64,000 nucleotides of DNA from an uncultured Gemmatimonadaceae bacterium (GCA_964487785.1 CAZASU010000002.1:5020-69019), one strand, 5' to 3'. Shown: positions 18,800 to 27,824, counted from the first letter of the stretch. Program-made: numbers and translations. Notes: a model not told the origin generated them from the letters alone.

Positions 18800-18879
18800 A
18801 CCGCAACACGGCTCCGAGCCGCTACCGCTGTCCCGCCAATCAATTTCAATTCGAAGTGCTTCGGCATGGCATTTTTCAC

Positions 18880-19338
18880 CTAGAATGCCAGACGGAGTCC
18901 TAGGCCGGTCCCACCCGCGCGCAAACTACGCACTTCAGGCTCAAACGGGATGTTGTCCGGCCGTCCCTTGGGGCGGGTCAGCTCCCAGACGAACAACGCC
19001 GCGGCGCCGGCAAGGGCTGTCTCGCCGCCGATCAGCCACAGACGCGCCCGGCGATCGTAACGCAGCGAGATCTGATAGAGATCCTCGATCTCGGAATCGT
19101 TATAGGCGCCCCTGGGCCCCAGGGCGCATCGCTCCTGAGCCACGCCACAACGGGATTCCAGTGCATCGAAGCTATTCTCGGCCCGATCGTGAGCCCGCAC
19201 CGCCAGATAGTTCATTCCCAGCGAGCCGGCCAGCAGGATCCATTTCCCATACTTGACGGCGGGGCTGAGTCCCTGACCCTCCGCCCGCCCGGCGAGCAGA
19301 AGCAGCAGGAGCAGGGCGGAGCACACCCGCGCCTTCAC
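18880..19338 (-). CDS. hypothetical secreted/membrane protein
   Basis: 152 aa. Signal-peptide-like N-terminus (MKARVCSALLLLLLLAGRAEGQ), two further hydrophobic stretches, and a C-terminal ...GLGLRLAF. Its start overlaps the stop of the upstream propeller gene by 4 nt. Confidence 0.5.
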   Translation of the reverse strand: MKARVCSALLLLLLLAGRAEGQGLSPAVKYGKWILLAGSLGMNYLAVRAHDRAENSFDALESRCGVAQERCALGPRGAYNDSEIEDLYQISLRYDRRARLWLIGGETALAGAAALFVWELTRPKGRPDNIPFEPEVRSLRAGGTGLGLRLAF

Positions 19339-20408
19339 CTGCGGTACCGGTGGAGGTCGCCGTTGCCGCCGATGGCGAGAAGGCCGTCAGCCAGGGGTAC
19401 CGGGCCGAGCTCGACCGGACGCCAGACTCGTACCCGCCAGATCTCGATGCCGTCCGGCCGGAGGGCGCGAATCGTCCCGTCGGCCCCGCCCAGAATGATT
19501 TGTCCTCTCAGGACCGTCACCGGTGCGGTGACCGGCCAGTCGAGGCTGACGATCCGCTCCACCTTTGGCTCGGAGCCGGGATCGATCCGGTAGACGGTGC
19601 CGACCCTGGTGGCCAGAAACAGGGTATCTCCGAGGGCAGCGAGCGAGCCGAGGACCGGGGCGTCCACCGCTACGGTCCAAAGGCGCTGCAGGTCAGCCGG
19701 GCGGATCGATACCACCTGCGAATCAGTCGTTCCCGCCAGTAATACTCCATTGTGGGCTAGCCAAGGAGCCACGACGCTGCCGGGAGAGGGAACCCGATGG
19801 GTGACCTTTCCATCCGAGACCCCCAGTCGAAAGAGCGAATCGGTGGTAGAGACCAGGATCCCCCCATCACCCGCCTCCGCCGCCGGGGCCCGAGCGACTC
19901 CCACCCGGCGGCGCCACCGAATCTTCCCGGTCCCGGGATCCAGCGCGAGAACCTCACCCCGCTGGGTTTCGGCTACGAGCACCCCACCCACCATGGCCAG
20001 CGGGGCGGCGATCGGACCGGGGGACACGCGCCAGATCTTCTTGCCATCGGTCCGGCGCAGCGCGTGCACCTGGCCGTCGGGACGGGAGCTCGCCACGAAG
20101 ATCGTGTCGCCCGAAAGGAGTACACCCCCGACGATCATTCCCGAGAGGCGCGCCGACCAGCGTACCTCACCGCTCGCCAGATCCACCGCGTAGACTTTCC
20201 GGTCCATGCCGCCGACGTACAGGGTGTTGTCCCGCACTCCCATCAGTCCGGTGAGCTTTCTACCCGCTCGCGCGGTCCAGACTGGCGTGGGAGCATCCCC
20301 GGCCGCCGCGGCGGCGATCGGGCTCGGTGGCGGTCGAAAATTTACGCAGGCCGCGTTGACGCTTCCGAGGAGGAGGGCTAGACTCAACGCTCCTCGGCTC
20401 AGCCTCAT
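19335..20408 (-). CDS. PQQ-like beta-propeller repeat protein (BamB-like)
   Basis: The real start is the ATG at 20408-20406 (MRLSRGALSLALLLGSVNAAC, a signal or lipoprotein-like peptide). Recurrent blade motifs: KVYAVDLASGEVRWS, QVHALRRTDGKKIWR, EVLALDPGTGKIRWR, IRALRPDGIEIWR. The rest of ORF 19335..21614 is antisense to asnS and is rejected. Confidence 0.65.
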   Translation of the reverse strand: MRLSRGALSLALLLGSVNAACVNFRPPPSPIAAAAAGDAPTPVWTARAGRKLTGLMGVRDNTLYVGGMDRKVYAVDLASGEVRWSARLSGMIVGGVLLSGDTIFVASSRPDGQVHALRRTDGKKIWRVSPGPIAAPLAMVGGVLVAETQRGEVLALDPGTGKIRWRRRVGVARAPAAEAGDGGILVSTTDSLFRLGVSDGKVTHRVPSPGSVVAPWLAHNGVLLAGTTDSQVVSIRPADLQRLWTVAVDAPVLGSLAALGDTLFLATRVGTVYRIDPGSEPKVERIVSLDWPVTAPVTVLRGQIILGGADGTIRALRPDGIEIWRVRVWRPVELGPVPLADGLLAIGGNGDLHRYRR

Positions 20409-20426
20409 TCTCCCATCGGATATGGC

Positions 20427-21722
20427 ATGGCGGCAGTACAGATCAGCGGGCTCCGCGCGCACGTCGGCGAGACGGTCACGGTCCGCGGCTGGGTGGTCAC
20501 CACCCGGTCGAGCGGCAAGATCGCATTTGTGGTGCTGCGAGACGGCTCGGGAACGGTGCAAGGGGTCCTGTCCAAGAAAGAGGTGCCCGCGTCGATCTGG
20601 GCCGCCTTCGAAGCGCTGACTCAGGAGACCAGCGTCGCCCTCACCGGCATCGTGCGGGAGGAGGTGCGCTCCCCCGGTGGTTACGAGCTGGCCCTTCAGA
20701 ATGTAGAGGTGCTGGGCTCCAGCCAGGACTATCCGATCACCCCTAAAGAGCATGGGACGACTTTCCTCTTCGAGCATAGACACCTGTGGCTCAGAAATCG
20801 CCGACAGGCGGCCGTGGCCCGCGTGCGCCACGAGGTGGTCCAGGGAATCCGCGACTTCTTTTACCAGCGCGACTTCATTCTGGTCGACACTCCGATCCTG
20901 ACCGGTGCCATCGGCGAGGAAGCCGGCAATCTCTTCGCCACGCAATACTTCGACCTCGGTAACGCCTATCTGGCCCAGACCGGGCAGCTCTACGTGGAAG
21001 CCGCCGCCGCCGCGCACGGCAAGGTCTACTGCTTTGGTCCCACCTTTCGCGCCGAGAAGTCGAAGACCAGGCGCCACCTCACCGAATTCTGGATGGTCGA
21101 GCCCGAGGTGGCGTTCAACGACTCGGACGCCAACATGCGGCTCCAGGAAGAGTTCGTGAGCTACATCGTGGCCCGGGCGCTTGACCGGCGGGCGGCGGAG
21201 CTGAAGGAGCTCGAACGCGACACCGCGCCGCTCGGGCGGGTGCTCGCCCCCTTTCCCCGCATCTCCTATTCGGACGCAGTATCCAAACTCAACACCCTCG
21301 GTTCCGATATCAGCTGGGGCAGCGACCTCGGCGGGGACGACGAGACCCTGCTGGCAAAGGAGTTCGATCGTCCTGTCTTCGTCTATAACTACCCCAGGCA
21401 GGTGAAGGCCTTCTACATGAAGGAAAACCCCGATGACCCCCGAACCGTGCTCAACAACGACTGTCTGGCGCCCGAGGGGTACGGCGAGATCATCGGCGGG
21501 TCTCAGCGCGAGGACGACTACGATAAACTGCTCACCCGAATCCAGGAACAGAAACTCGACCCCGAGGTCTATCGCTGGTACCTCGACCTGCGTAAGTACG
21601 GGACTTTCGTCCATTCAGGTTTCGGGCTCGGCGTCGAGCGCACGGTGGCCTGGATCTGCGGGATTCCTCATATTCGCGAGGCCATCGCGTTCCCGAGACA
21701 AATACACCGGTTATACCCGTAG
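20427..21722 (+). CDS. asnS: asparagine--tRNA ligase
   Basis: 431 aa. N-terminal OB fold (VTVRGWVVTTRSSGKIAF). Class IIb core with FRAEKSKTRRHLTEFWMVEPEVAF, which fits the AsnRS pattern better than the AspRS pattern. Confidence 0.82.
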   Translation: MAAVQISGLRAHVGETVTVRGWVVTTRSSGKIAFVVLRDGSGTVQGVLSKKEVPASIWAAFEALTQETSVALTGIVREEVRSPGGYELALQNVEVLGSSQDYPITPKEHGTTFLFEHRHLWLRNRRQAAVARVRHEVVQGIRDFFYQRDFILVDTPILTGAIGEEAGNLFATQYFDLGNAYLAQTGQLYVEAAAAAHGKVYCFGPTFRAEKSKTRRHLTEFWMVEPEVAFNDSDANMRLQEEFVSYIVARALDRRAAELKELERDTAPLGRVLAPFPRISYSDAVSKLNTLGSDISWGSDLGGDDETLLAKEFDRPVFVYNYPRQVKAFYMKENPDDPRTVLNNDCLAPEGYGEIIGGSQREDDYDKLLTRIQEQKLDPEVYRWYLDLRKYGTFVHSGFGLGVERTVAWICGIPHIREAIAFPRQIHRLYP

Positions 21723-21772
21723 GGGCGACGCGTGCGTCGCCCGTATTGGGCGAGGCACGCCGTCGCCCCTAC
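21719..21772. terminator. Bidirectional hairpin between convergent asnS and mazG
   Basis: Perfect 12-bp arms: GTAGGGGCGACG (21719-21730) and CGTCGCCCCTAC (21761-21772). A competing inner hairpin is GGCGACGC-GT-GCGTCGCC (21724-21741). The asnS stop TAG (21720-21722) and the mazG stop (21769-21771) lie inside the two arms. There is no clear U-tract. Confidence 0.55.
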
Positions 21773-22563
21773 GACATCTTGACCTCCACCCACAACTCGT
21801 CCAACACCTCCAGCCCCGCCGACGAGACCTCGATCCCGCGTTCCGCGGCCAGCCGTTCGATCTGCTCGAAACGATCGCGGAACTTTCGATTGGCTCGATC
21901 GAGGGCAAGGCCGGGCTGAACCCCTGTCTTCCGCGCGAGATTCACCACCGCGAACAACAGGTCACCGATCTCGTTCACCAGCTCTTCACTCGGCGTCTGG
22001 CCAGGGGCGTTGGGGTCGGTGTCCCGCGGGGCTTCAGAAGGACTTCTGGCGCTACCCAGCTCGGCCTCGACCTCGGTCAACTCTTCGCGAATCTTGTCGA
22101 GTGGCCCTTCCACGTCGGGCCAATCGAAGCCGACTGAGGCGGCTCGCTCTTGAAGCCGGCACGCCATCAGGAGCGGCGGCAGGGTGGGAGTGAGCCCGCC
22201 GAGCACGTGGCCGCTGCGTTCCCGGCGCTTGATGTGCTCCCATGGCTCGGCGTCGCCCAGGTCGAACAGGTGGGGGTGGCGCCGCCGCATCTTTTCTTCC
22301 AGCTCCCCGGCTACGTCGTCGCCGGTAAACTCGTCCAGCTCCTCGGCGATGACCAGCTGAAAGGCCAGATGAAGCAGCAGATCGCTGACTTCGCCCCGGA
22401 TCTCATCCGGCCTGCCTTCGCCCAGCGCGTGGTCCAACTCCAGGACTTCCTCCACCAGATAGGGGCGCAGCGTCTCCCGGGTTTGCGCCCGATCCCAGGC
22501 GCACCGATTCCGCAGGTCGCGAACCATGGTCATCGCGCGTCCAAGCGCTGAATTGTCTTGCAT
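21769..22563 (-). CDS. mazG: nucleoside triphosphate pyrophosphohydrolase MazG
   Basis: 264 aa with two MazG-type repeats (CAWDRAQTRETLRPYLVEEVLE... and EIGDLLFAVVNLAR). Confidence 0.85.
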   Translation of the reverse strand: MQDNSALGRAMTMVRDLRNRCAWDRAQTRETLRPYLVEEVLELDHALGEGRPDEIRGEVSDLLLHLAFQLVIAEELDEFTGDDVAGELEEKMRRRHPHLFDLGDAEPWEHIKRRERSGHVLGGLTPTLPPLLMACRLQERAASVGFDWPDVEGPLDKIREELTEVEAELGSARSPSEAPRDTDPNAPGQTPSEELVNEIGDLLFAVVNLARKTGVQPGLALDRANRKFRDRFEQIERLAAERGIEVSSAGLEVLDELWVEVKMS

Positions 22564-22601
22564 TTATCCCTCGCGGCGAATATCATACCGCCGGCTCGCC
22601 C

Positions 22602-23693
22602 ATGACCTTTTCCCCCGAGACGACACGCGCCTGGGTGGACGTCGACCTGGCAGCGCTGGTAGCGAATGCACGCACGGTGGCCGCGGTCTCCGGCAGCCGG
22701 TTGTTGCCAATGGTCAAAGCTAACGGCTACGGGCTGGGTGCGACGGAGGTGGTCCGCGCACTCGAGGGGCTCGATCCATGGGGCTTCGGTGTAGCCTCTC
22801 TCGACGAAGCTCGACTGCTGCGCGCCTCCGGGATCACCCGGCCGATCCTGGTGATGACGCCATTCCAGCCGCAGTGCATGGCGCAGTACCTCGATCTCGA
22901 CCTGCGTCCCTCCATCGGCGATGTCTCGGCCCTCGAGAGCTGGATCGCCCGGGGCGGTAGACCGTTCCACGTCGAAATTGATACCGGCATGAGCAGGGCA
23001 GGTGTGCGCTGGGACGATCGGGCCACCCTCAGCCGGTTCGCCACCGTGCTTCCGACATCGAAGGGCTGGGAAGGCGCGTTCACCCACTTTCTGGCCGCCG
23101 AGTCGGACGCCGATGCCACCAGGCGTCAGTGGGATCGCTTTCAGGAGGTGCTCCGCGCACTGCCGGGACGTCCTCCCTTGATTCATGCAGCCAACAGCGC
23201 CGCCGCCCTCCGGGGAAAGATCTTCGCTGGTGATCTGGTACGGCCCGGCATCTATCTGTACGGTGGCGCTGCCGGATCACCGTCACCGCAGCCGGTCGCA
23301 GCCTTGCGGGCTCGTGTGGTGGCGATCCGCTCGATCGCTGCGGGAGACACCGTCGGATACGGAGCAACCTGGCGAGCCGAGCGGCCCACGAGAGTTGCAA
23401 CCGTCGGGGTAGGGTACGCGGATGGATTCCCCCGCGGGAGTCCAGCCGGAGGTCCGGAACGTTCCCCGCGTCACATCGAGTTGAACGGCAAAGTGGCCCC
23501 TGTGGTCGGACGAGTCACCATGGATATGTGCATGGCGGCAGTGGGAGAGCAGGTGGCCGTAGGAGACGTGGCCACGGTGTTCGGCGGACTCATCTCGCTC
23601 GACCAGCAAGCCGAAGCTGCTGGCACCATCTCTTACGAGCTATTAACCCGGCTGGGGCCGCGAGTCGCTCGTCGTTACGGGAGAACGCGGTGA
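22602..23693 (+). CDS. alr: alanine racemase
   Basis: 363 aa. PLP-lysine motif LPMVKANGYGLG and a C-terminal GRVTMDM segment. Confidence 0.85.
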   Translation: MTFSPETTRAWVDVDLAALVANARTVAAVSGSRLLPMVKANGYGLGATEVVRALEGLDPWGFGVASLDEARLLRASGITRPILVMTPFQPQCMAQYLDLDLRPSIGDVSALESWIARGGRPFHVEIDTGMSRAGVRWDDRATLSRFATVLPTSKGWEGAFTHFLAAESDADATRRQWDRFQEVLRALPGRPPLIHAANSAAALRGKIFAGDLVRPGIYLYGGAAGSPSPQPVAALRARVVAIRSIAAGDTVGYGATWRAERPTRVATVGVGYADGFPRGSPAGGPERSPRHIELNGKVAPVVGRVTMDMCMAAVGEQVAVGDVATVFGGLISLDQQAEAAGTISYELLTRLGPRVARRYGRTR

Positions 23694-23938
23694 ACCCTCA
23701 CTTCGCGTCGCTCGTTCTGGGCCTGTCCCACCAGGCCGAAGCTGCGCTCGGCGGGGAGCTGCCGCCGGGGGCGGAAGGGATCGGCAACGCGCGGCAGTTG
23801 GCGCAGACACTGATCGATACGCTCGGCATGCTGGCCGAAAAGACCTTGGGCAGTCTCGATCCCGATGAAAAGCAGCTACTGGATCAGGCGCTCACGGCGC
23901 TTCGCTTCCGTTTCGTGCAGACCATGCCGAAGGCCTGA
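23690..23938 (+). CDS. DUF1844-like small protein
   Basis: GTG 23690 overlaps the alr stop (GTGA). 82 aa with the pattern FASLVLGLSHQAEAALG...ARQLAQTLIDTLGMLAEKTLGSLDPDEKQLL...LRFRFV, as seen in the DUF1844 family. Confidence 0.6.
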   Translation: MNPHFASLVLGLSHQAEAALGGELPPGAEGIGNARQLAQTLIDTLGMLAEKTLGSLDPDEKQLLDQALTALRFRFVQTMPKA

Positions 23939-25104
23939 TGCGACGCGCGGCAATCATCATTCTCGACGGCGTAGGCATCGGTCCAGCCCATGATGCAGCA
24001 GCCTACGGCGATGCCGGCAGCAACACCCTTGGCAATGTGGCTCGCGCGGTAGGCGGGCTGTCGGTTCCCCGGCTCGAGACTTTGGGGCTGGGCCACTGCG
24101 CCGAGCTGGCCGGGGTGGCGCGAGTTTCCGCGCCCGCTGCAGCGCACGGGGTCTGCGAGCCCGCAAGTCCAGGCAAGGACAGCACGACCGGCCACTGGGA
24201 AATCTGCGGCCTGCTGCTGGAGGCGCCGTTCCCCACCTATCCCCATGGCTTTACTTCCGCGGTGGTCGATGAGTTCGTCCGGCTCACCGCGCGCGGGGTA
24301 CTCGGCAACAAGCCGGCGTCGGGTACCGCGGTGCTGGACGAGTACGGAGCCGAGCATCGGCGGACCGGCAGCTGGATCGTGTACACCTCGGCGGACAGCG
24401 TCTTCCAGATTGCGGCCCACGAGGAAACGGTTCCGCTGGGCGAGCTCTATGCGGCCTGTCTGACCGCACGGCAGCTCCTCCGCGGAGAGCACAGTGTCTC
24501 CCGGGTCATCGCCCGCCCCTTCGTGGGTGAACCCGGTGCCTGGAAGCGAACGGGGGGCAGACGGGACTACAGCCTGCCTCCACCCGGTCCCACACTGTTG
24601 GACCGGCTGGCCGAGCGGCAAATACCGCGGGTGGGGGTCGGCAAGGTAGACGACCTGTTCGCCGGCCGCGGCATCACCAGCATCCACACCGAGACCAACG
24701 CGGAAGCCTACGCGCTGATCGAGGGAGCCATGGCCGCGATGAACCGGGGGTTGCTTCTGGCCAACGTGATCGAGTTCGATCAGACCTGGGGTCACCGGAA
24801 TGACATCGAAGGCTTCCGCCGCGGTCTCGTGGAGCTCGACCGGAACGTTCCCCGGCTGCTCAACGGTGTCCGCGAGGATGACCTCGTTATCTTTACGGCC
24901 GATCACGGCAACGACCCGACCACGCCGTCCACTGATCACTCACGCGAGATCGTTCCGCTGCTGGTGTTCGGCCCAAAGGTCCGTCCCGCGGACCTGGGCC
25001 GCCGTCGCACCTTCGCCGACATCGGTCAGACCGTGGCCGAGTTTCTCGGGGTACCGGCACTGGGTGCGGGCACCTCGTTTCTACCCGAGGTTTGGCTTGA
25101 CTGA
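23938..25104 (+). CDS. deoB: phosphopentomutase
   Basis: 388 aa. N-terminal IIILDGVGIG and the metal-site motif TADHGNDPT. TGATG junction with the upstream gene. Confidence 0.9.
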   Translation: MRRAAIIILDGVGIGPAHDAAAYGDAGSNTLGNVARAVGGLSVPRLETLGLGHCAELAGVARVSAPAAAHGVCEPASPGKDSTTGHWEICGLLLEAPFPTYPHGFTSAVVDEFVRLTARGVLGNKPASGTAVLDEYGAEHRRTGSWIVYTSADSVFQIAAHEETVPLGELYAACLTARQLLRGEHSVSRVIARPFVGEPGAWKRTGGRRDYSLPPPGPTLLDRLAERQIPRVGVGKVDDLFAGRGITSIHTETNAEAYALIEGAMAAMNRGLLLANVIEFDQTWGHRNDIEGFRRGLVELDRNVPRLLNGVREDDLVIFTADHGNDPTTPSTDHSREIVPLLVFGPKVRPADLGRRRTFADIGQTVAEFLGVPALGAGTSFLPEVWLD

Positions 25105-25483
25105 TTCTCTGATCTCTGCCGCACGAACGGCCCAGGCTCACGCCTACGCACCGTACTCCAACTTCCGGGTGGGCGCGGCGCTCGAGAGCCATGACGGGGC
25201 TGTCTTCAGCGGGTGCAACGTCGAAAACGCCTCGTATGGACTCACCATCTGCGCCGAGCGGGCGGCCATCTGCGCTGCCGTGAGCGCGGGGGTGACCCGA
25301 TTCAGACGCGCAGTCGTGGTGTCCGATGTCGACCCCCCGGCGGCTCCGTGTGGTGCCTGCCGCCAGGTCCTGGCGGAATTCGGTCTCGATCTCCCGATCG
25401 ACGGGGTCGGGTCCCGGGGGACGGTGCGCTGGCGCCTTTCCGATCTGCTGCCCGTCGCGTTCGGTCCGGAGCAGCTTCGGTGA
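25097..25483 (+). CDS. cdd: cytidine deaminase
   Basis: TTG 25097 gives a 128-aa protein with YAPYSNFRVGAA, CAERAAI and PCGACRQ zinc-site motifs. The ORF-track start 24800 lies inside deoB. Confidence 0.85.
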   Translation: MTDSLISAARTAQAHAYAPYSNFRVGAALESHDGAVFSGCNVENASYGLTICAERAAICAAVSAGVTRFRRAVVVSDVDPPAAPCGACRQVLAEFGLDLPIDGVGSRGTVRWRLSDLLPVAFGPEQLR

Positions 25484-26682
25484 AGTGGGGGATCGGCGGA
25501 CTATTGGCGGTCATCACCATCGTAGGCTGTCAGGAAAAGCTGACTGCCCCGGCGGACTGTCCCGCGCTCTGCCCAGGGGGGCAGCCACAGATCTTCGACG
25601 AGGTGTTCACTGCCGTGAGCGGGGCCGACAGCAGCTTCGTCGGATACGTGCAGCCGCATCAGGCGGCGGCACTCCTGGTCTCCAATGGACTACAAGGGTT
25701 CGAAGAGCGCGGTCTGGTGCGCTTTCTCGCCCGTAGCGCCACGGTCAGCGTACGTGACACGGCGCGCACCTACACGATCGACTCGGTCGCCCTGAGTTTC
25801 ACGCTCGTCGCTCGCGACACCAACCTGACCGGTCTCCAGCTTCTCCTGTACCGCCTGACGCCCTCGATCGACTCGGCCACGACCTTCGCTGCTATCGATC
25901 CCGGGTTCGTTCCGGAGAGCCTCATCGCCACCGTCGACGTGCCCGACACTCTCAACGCAGGCACCGTGCGAACGGTTTTTCAGGGTGCCGATCTCAGCCG
26001 GGTAGAGATACCGGCGTCTGACAGCGGTCGGCTGGCCCTCGGCCTTCGAATTGCCGCACCCACGGCCACTGGTGTCCGAGTGGGCGCCCTCGCTGGTGGC
26101 TCCGGTCCGATTTTCACCACCTACACCACTCTCGACGTTCCCGATACCGGGACCGCGAAGCTCAGGACGATCCCACTGGGCGCCGCGTTCAGCACCTATG
26201 TCTCGCAGGTTCCCCAGGCCGTTGATCCTACGTTGCTGGCTGTCGGCGGGGCGCCATCGGCACGGGCGCTGCTTCGGTTTAATCTGCCCTCCCGGATCCG
26301 GGACTCGGCCACGATAGTCCGTGCCACCCTCGAGTTGACCCCGGTCGCGCCGATCACGGGATTGGCGACCGACCCGGCCCGGCTGCTGAGCCGGGCTGTG
26401 CTAGCCGATGTGGGGGCCAAATCGCCGGTGAGCTCCGTTGCCGGGCGGGTGCCGGAGGATACCCTGGAGGCCGGAACCAGCGCCGTCAGTATCGAGGCGG
26501 TTCGGTTGGTCGAGCTGTGGCTCGGAACCACCACCCGGCCTACGGCTCTGGCACTGTCACTTACGCCGGAGGCGGCCAGCTTCTCACGGCCGGTCTTCTA
26601 TTCGACGCAGGCGGCAGACCCGGCACTCCGGCCGCGGCTCCGGATCAGCTACCTGCTGTCATTCCCCTTTGAGACTCCCTAA
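25480..26682 (+). CDS. hypothetical lipoprotein
   Basis: GTG 25480 overlaps the cdd stop (GTGA). Lipobox LAVITIVGC. 400 aa, Ser/Thr/Ala-rich and probably beta-rich. No family recognised. Confidence 0.55.
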   Translation: MKWGIGGLLAVITIVGCQEKLTAPADCPALCPGGQPQIFDEVFTAVSGADSSFVGYVQPHQAAALLVSNGLQGFEERGLVRFLARSATVSVRDTARTYTIDSVALSFTLVARDTNLTGLQLLLYRLTPSIDSATTFAAIDPGFVPESLIATVDVPDTLNAGTVRTVFQGADLSRVEIPASDSGRLALGLRIAAPTATGVRVGALAGGSGPIFTTYTTLDVPDTGTAKLRTIPLGAAFSTYVSQVPQAVDPTLLAVGGAPSARALLRFNLPSRIRDSATIVRATLELTPVAPITGLATDPARLLSRAVLADVGAKSPVSSVAGRVPEDTLEAGTSAVSIEAVRLVELWLGTTTRPTALALSLTPEAASFSRPVFYSTQAADPALRPRLRISYLLSFPFETP

Positions 26683-27819
26683 GTGCGCCGAGCTTTTGTT
26701 GTTTTCGCCTTGGCCATCCTGCCGAGCGCAGTTGGGGCGCAATCGTCCCAGTTCGGTGCGCGGGGCCTGGGCTACCCCGGCCGGGCTCTGGCGGTTCGGG
26801 CGATTGGCACCGGTGGCGCTTTCGGGCTCTTTGACCCGGAGTCGAGCCAGAACCCTGCGGCTCTGGCCAGCGTGCTGAACCTCACCAGTGTGTTCACGAT
26901 CACTCAAGGCTTCCGAAGTGTGGAGAACCCAGCGGGGACGGCCTCGGTCCGGGACACCCGATTCCCCCAGCTCATGGTTGCGGGGCCGGTGCGCCGCTTT
27001 CCGGCGGTAGTCGGGTTCAGTTTTTCCAACTACACCAGCCGCGACTTCACCCTGGCAACCTCGGAGACAATCGACCTGCGTGGAGTTCCGGTGAACGTCA
27101 GCGACACCTTCTCGTCGCGCGGCGGCCTTAATGATTTCCGGATTGCCGGGTCCTATCGCTTCGGGACTCAATGGGCGGTCGGCGGGGGCTTCCACATCAT
27201 CAGCGGCTCCAACCGGCTCACCTCGACACGGATATTCGACGATCCCAACTATCTGTCCAGCCGGCAGAAATCCGAGCTTTCCTTTGCCGGTGTCGGTGTC
27301 TCGGTGGGAGTAACACGCCAGTTCGGGCCCAACTTCGCCGTCTCCGCGGTGGCCCGGTCTGACGGACACGTCAACCTGGACCGCGACTCTACCCGGGTTC
27401 GTACCATCGATCTACCCTACACGGTCGGGCTGGGCCTCCACTGGCGCCCGTTGCCCAAGCTCGATCTTGCCGGTCAGGCTATGGTTCGGACCTGGTCTGC
27501 CGCCAACAGCGATCTGCTCGCACTGGGCGGAACGGGGGCGCAGAACACGGTCGAGGCGGCTGTAGGTGCTGAATACGCGTCTGATCCGAAGCGGCCTTAT
27601 CGGCGCCCCATCCGGCTCGGCATTCACTACGCTATCCTGCCGTTTCCCTTGCTGCCCGCTCAGCACGGCCGGGAATTCGGTGTGTCGGTTGGGAGCGGCG
27701 TGCGGTTCGCTCAGCAGCGGGCCGGCCTGGATCTGGCCCTGGAGCACGTCTGGCGCTCCGAAGGAGCCTACTCCGAGAACGGCTTCATTCTGTCGTTGGG
27801 GATTTCGGTGAGGCCTTGA
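26683..27819 (+). CDS. outer-membrane beta-barrel protein, FadL/PorV-like N-terminal pattern
   Basis: GTG 26683 immediately follows the TAA of the lipoprotein gene. Signal peptide ending AVGAQ. N-terminal ARGLGYPGRALAVRAIGTGGAFGLFDPESSQNPAAL resembles FadL/PorV-type barrels. Alternating amphipathic strands run to the C-terminus. Confidence 0.5.
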   Translation: MRRAFVVFALAILPSAVGAQSSQFGARGLGYPGRALAVRAIGTGGAFGLFDPESSQNPAALASVLNLTSVFTITQGFRSVENPAGTASVRDTRFPQLMVAGPVRRFPAVVGFSFSNYTSRDFTLATSETIDLRGVPVNVSDTFSSRGGLNDFRIAGSYRFGTQWAVGGGFHIISGSNRLTSTRIFDDPNYLSSRQKSELSFAGVGVSVGVTRQFGPNFAVSAVARSDGHVNLDRDSTRVRTIDLPYTVGLGLHWRPLPKLDLAGQAMVRTWSAANSDLLALGGTGAQNTVEAAVGAEYASDPKRPYRRPIRLGIHYAILPFPLLPAQHGREFGVSVGSGVRFAQQRAGLDLALEHVWRSEGAYSENGFILSLGISVRP

Positions 27820-27824
27820 GGGGC

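Noticed and set aside
18860-18879. Small hairpin CGAAG-TG-CTTCG near the 3' end of the 152-aa gene as a terminator.
   Set aside because: A 2-nt loop is sterically implausible, and no U-tract follows on the relevant strand.
20409-21614. Upstream 400 codons of the 759-aa minus-strand ORF 19335..21614.
   Set aside because: This part is antisense to asnS. The propeller protein has a good signal peptide starting at the internal ATG (20408-20406), so only 19335..20408 is called.
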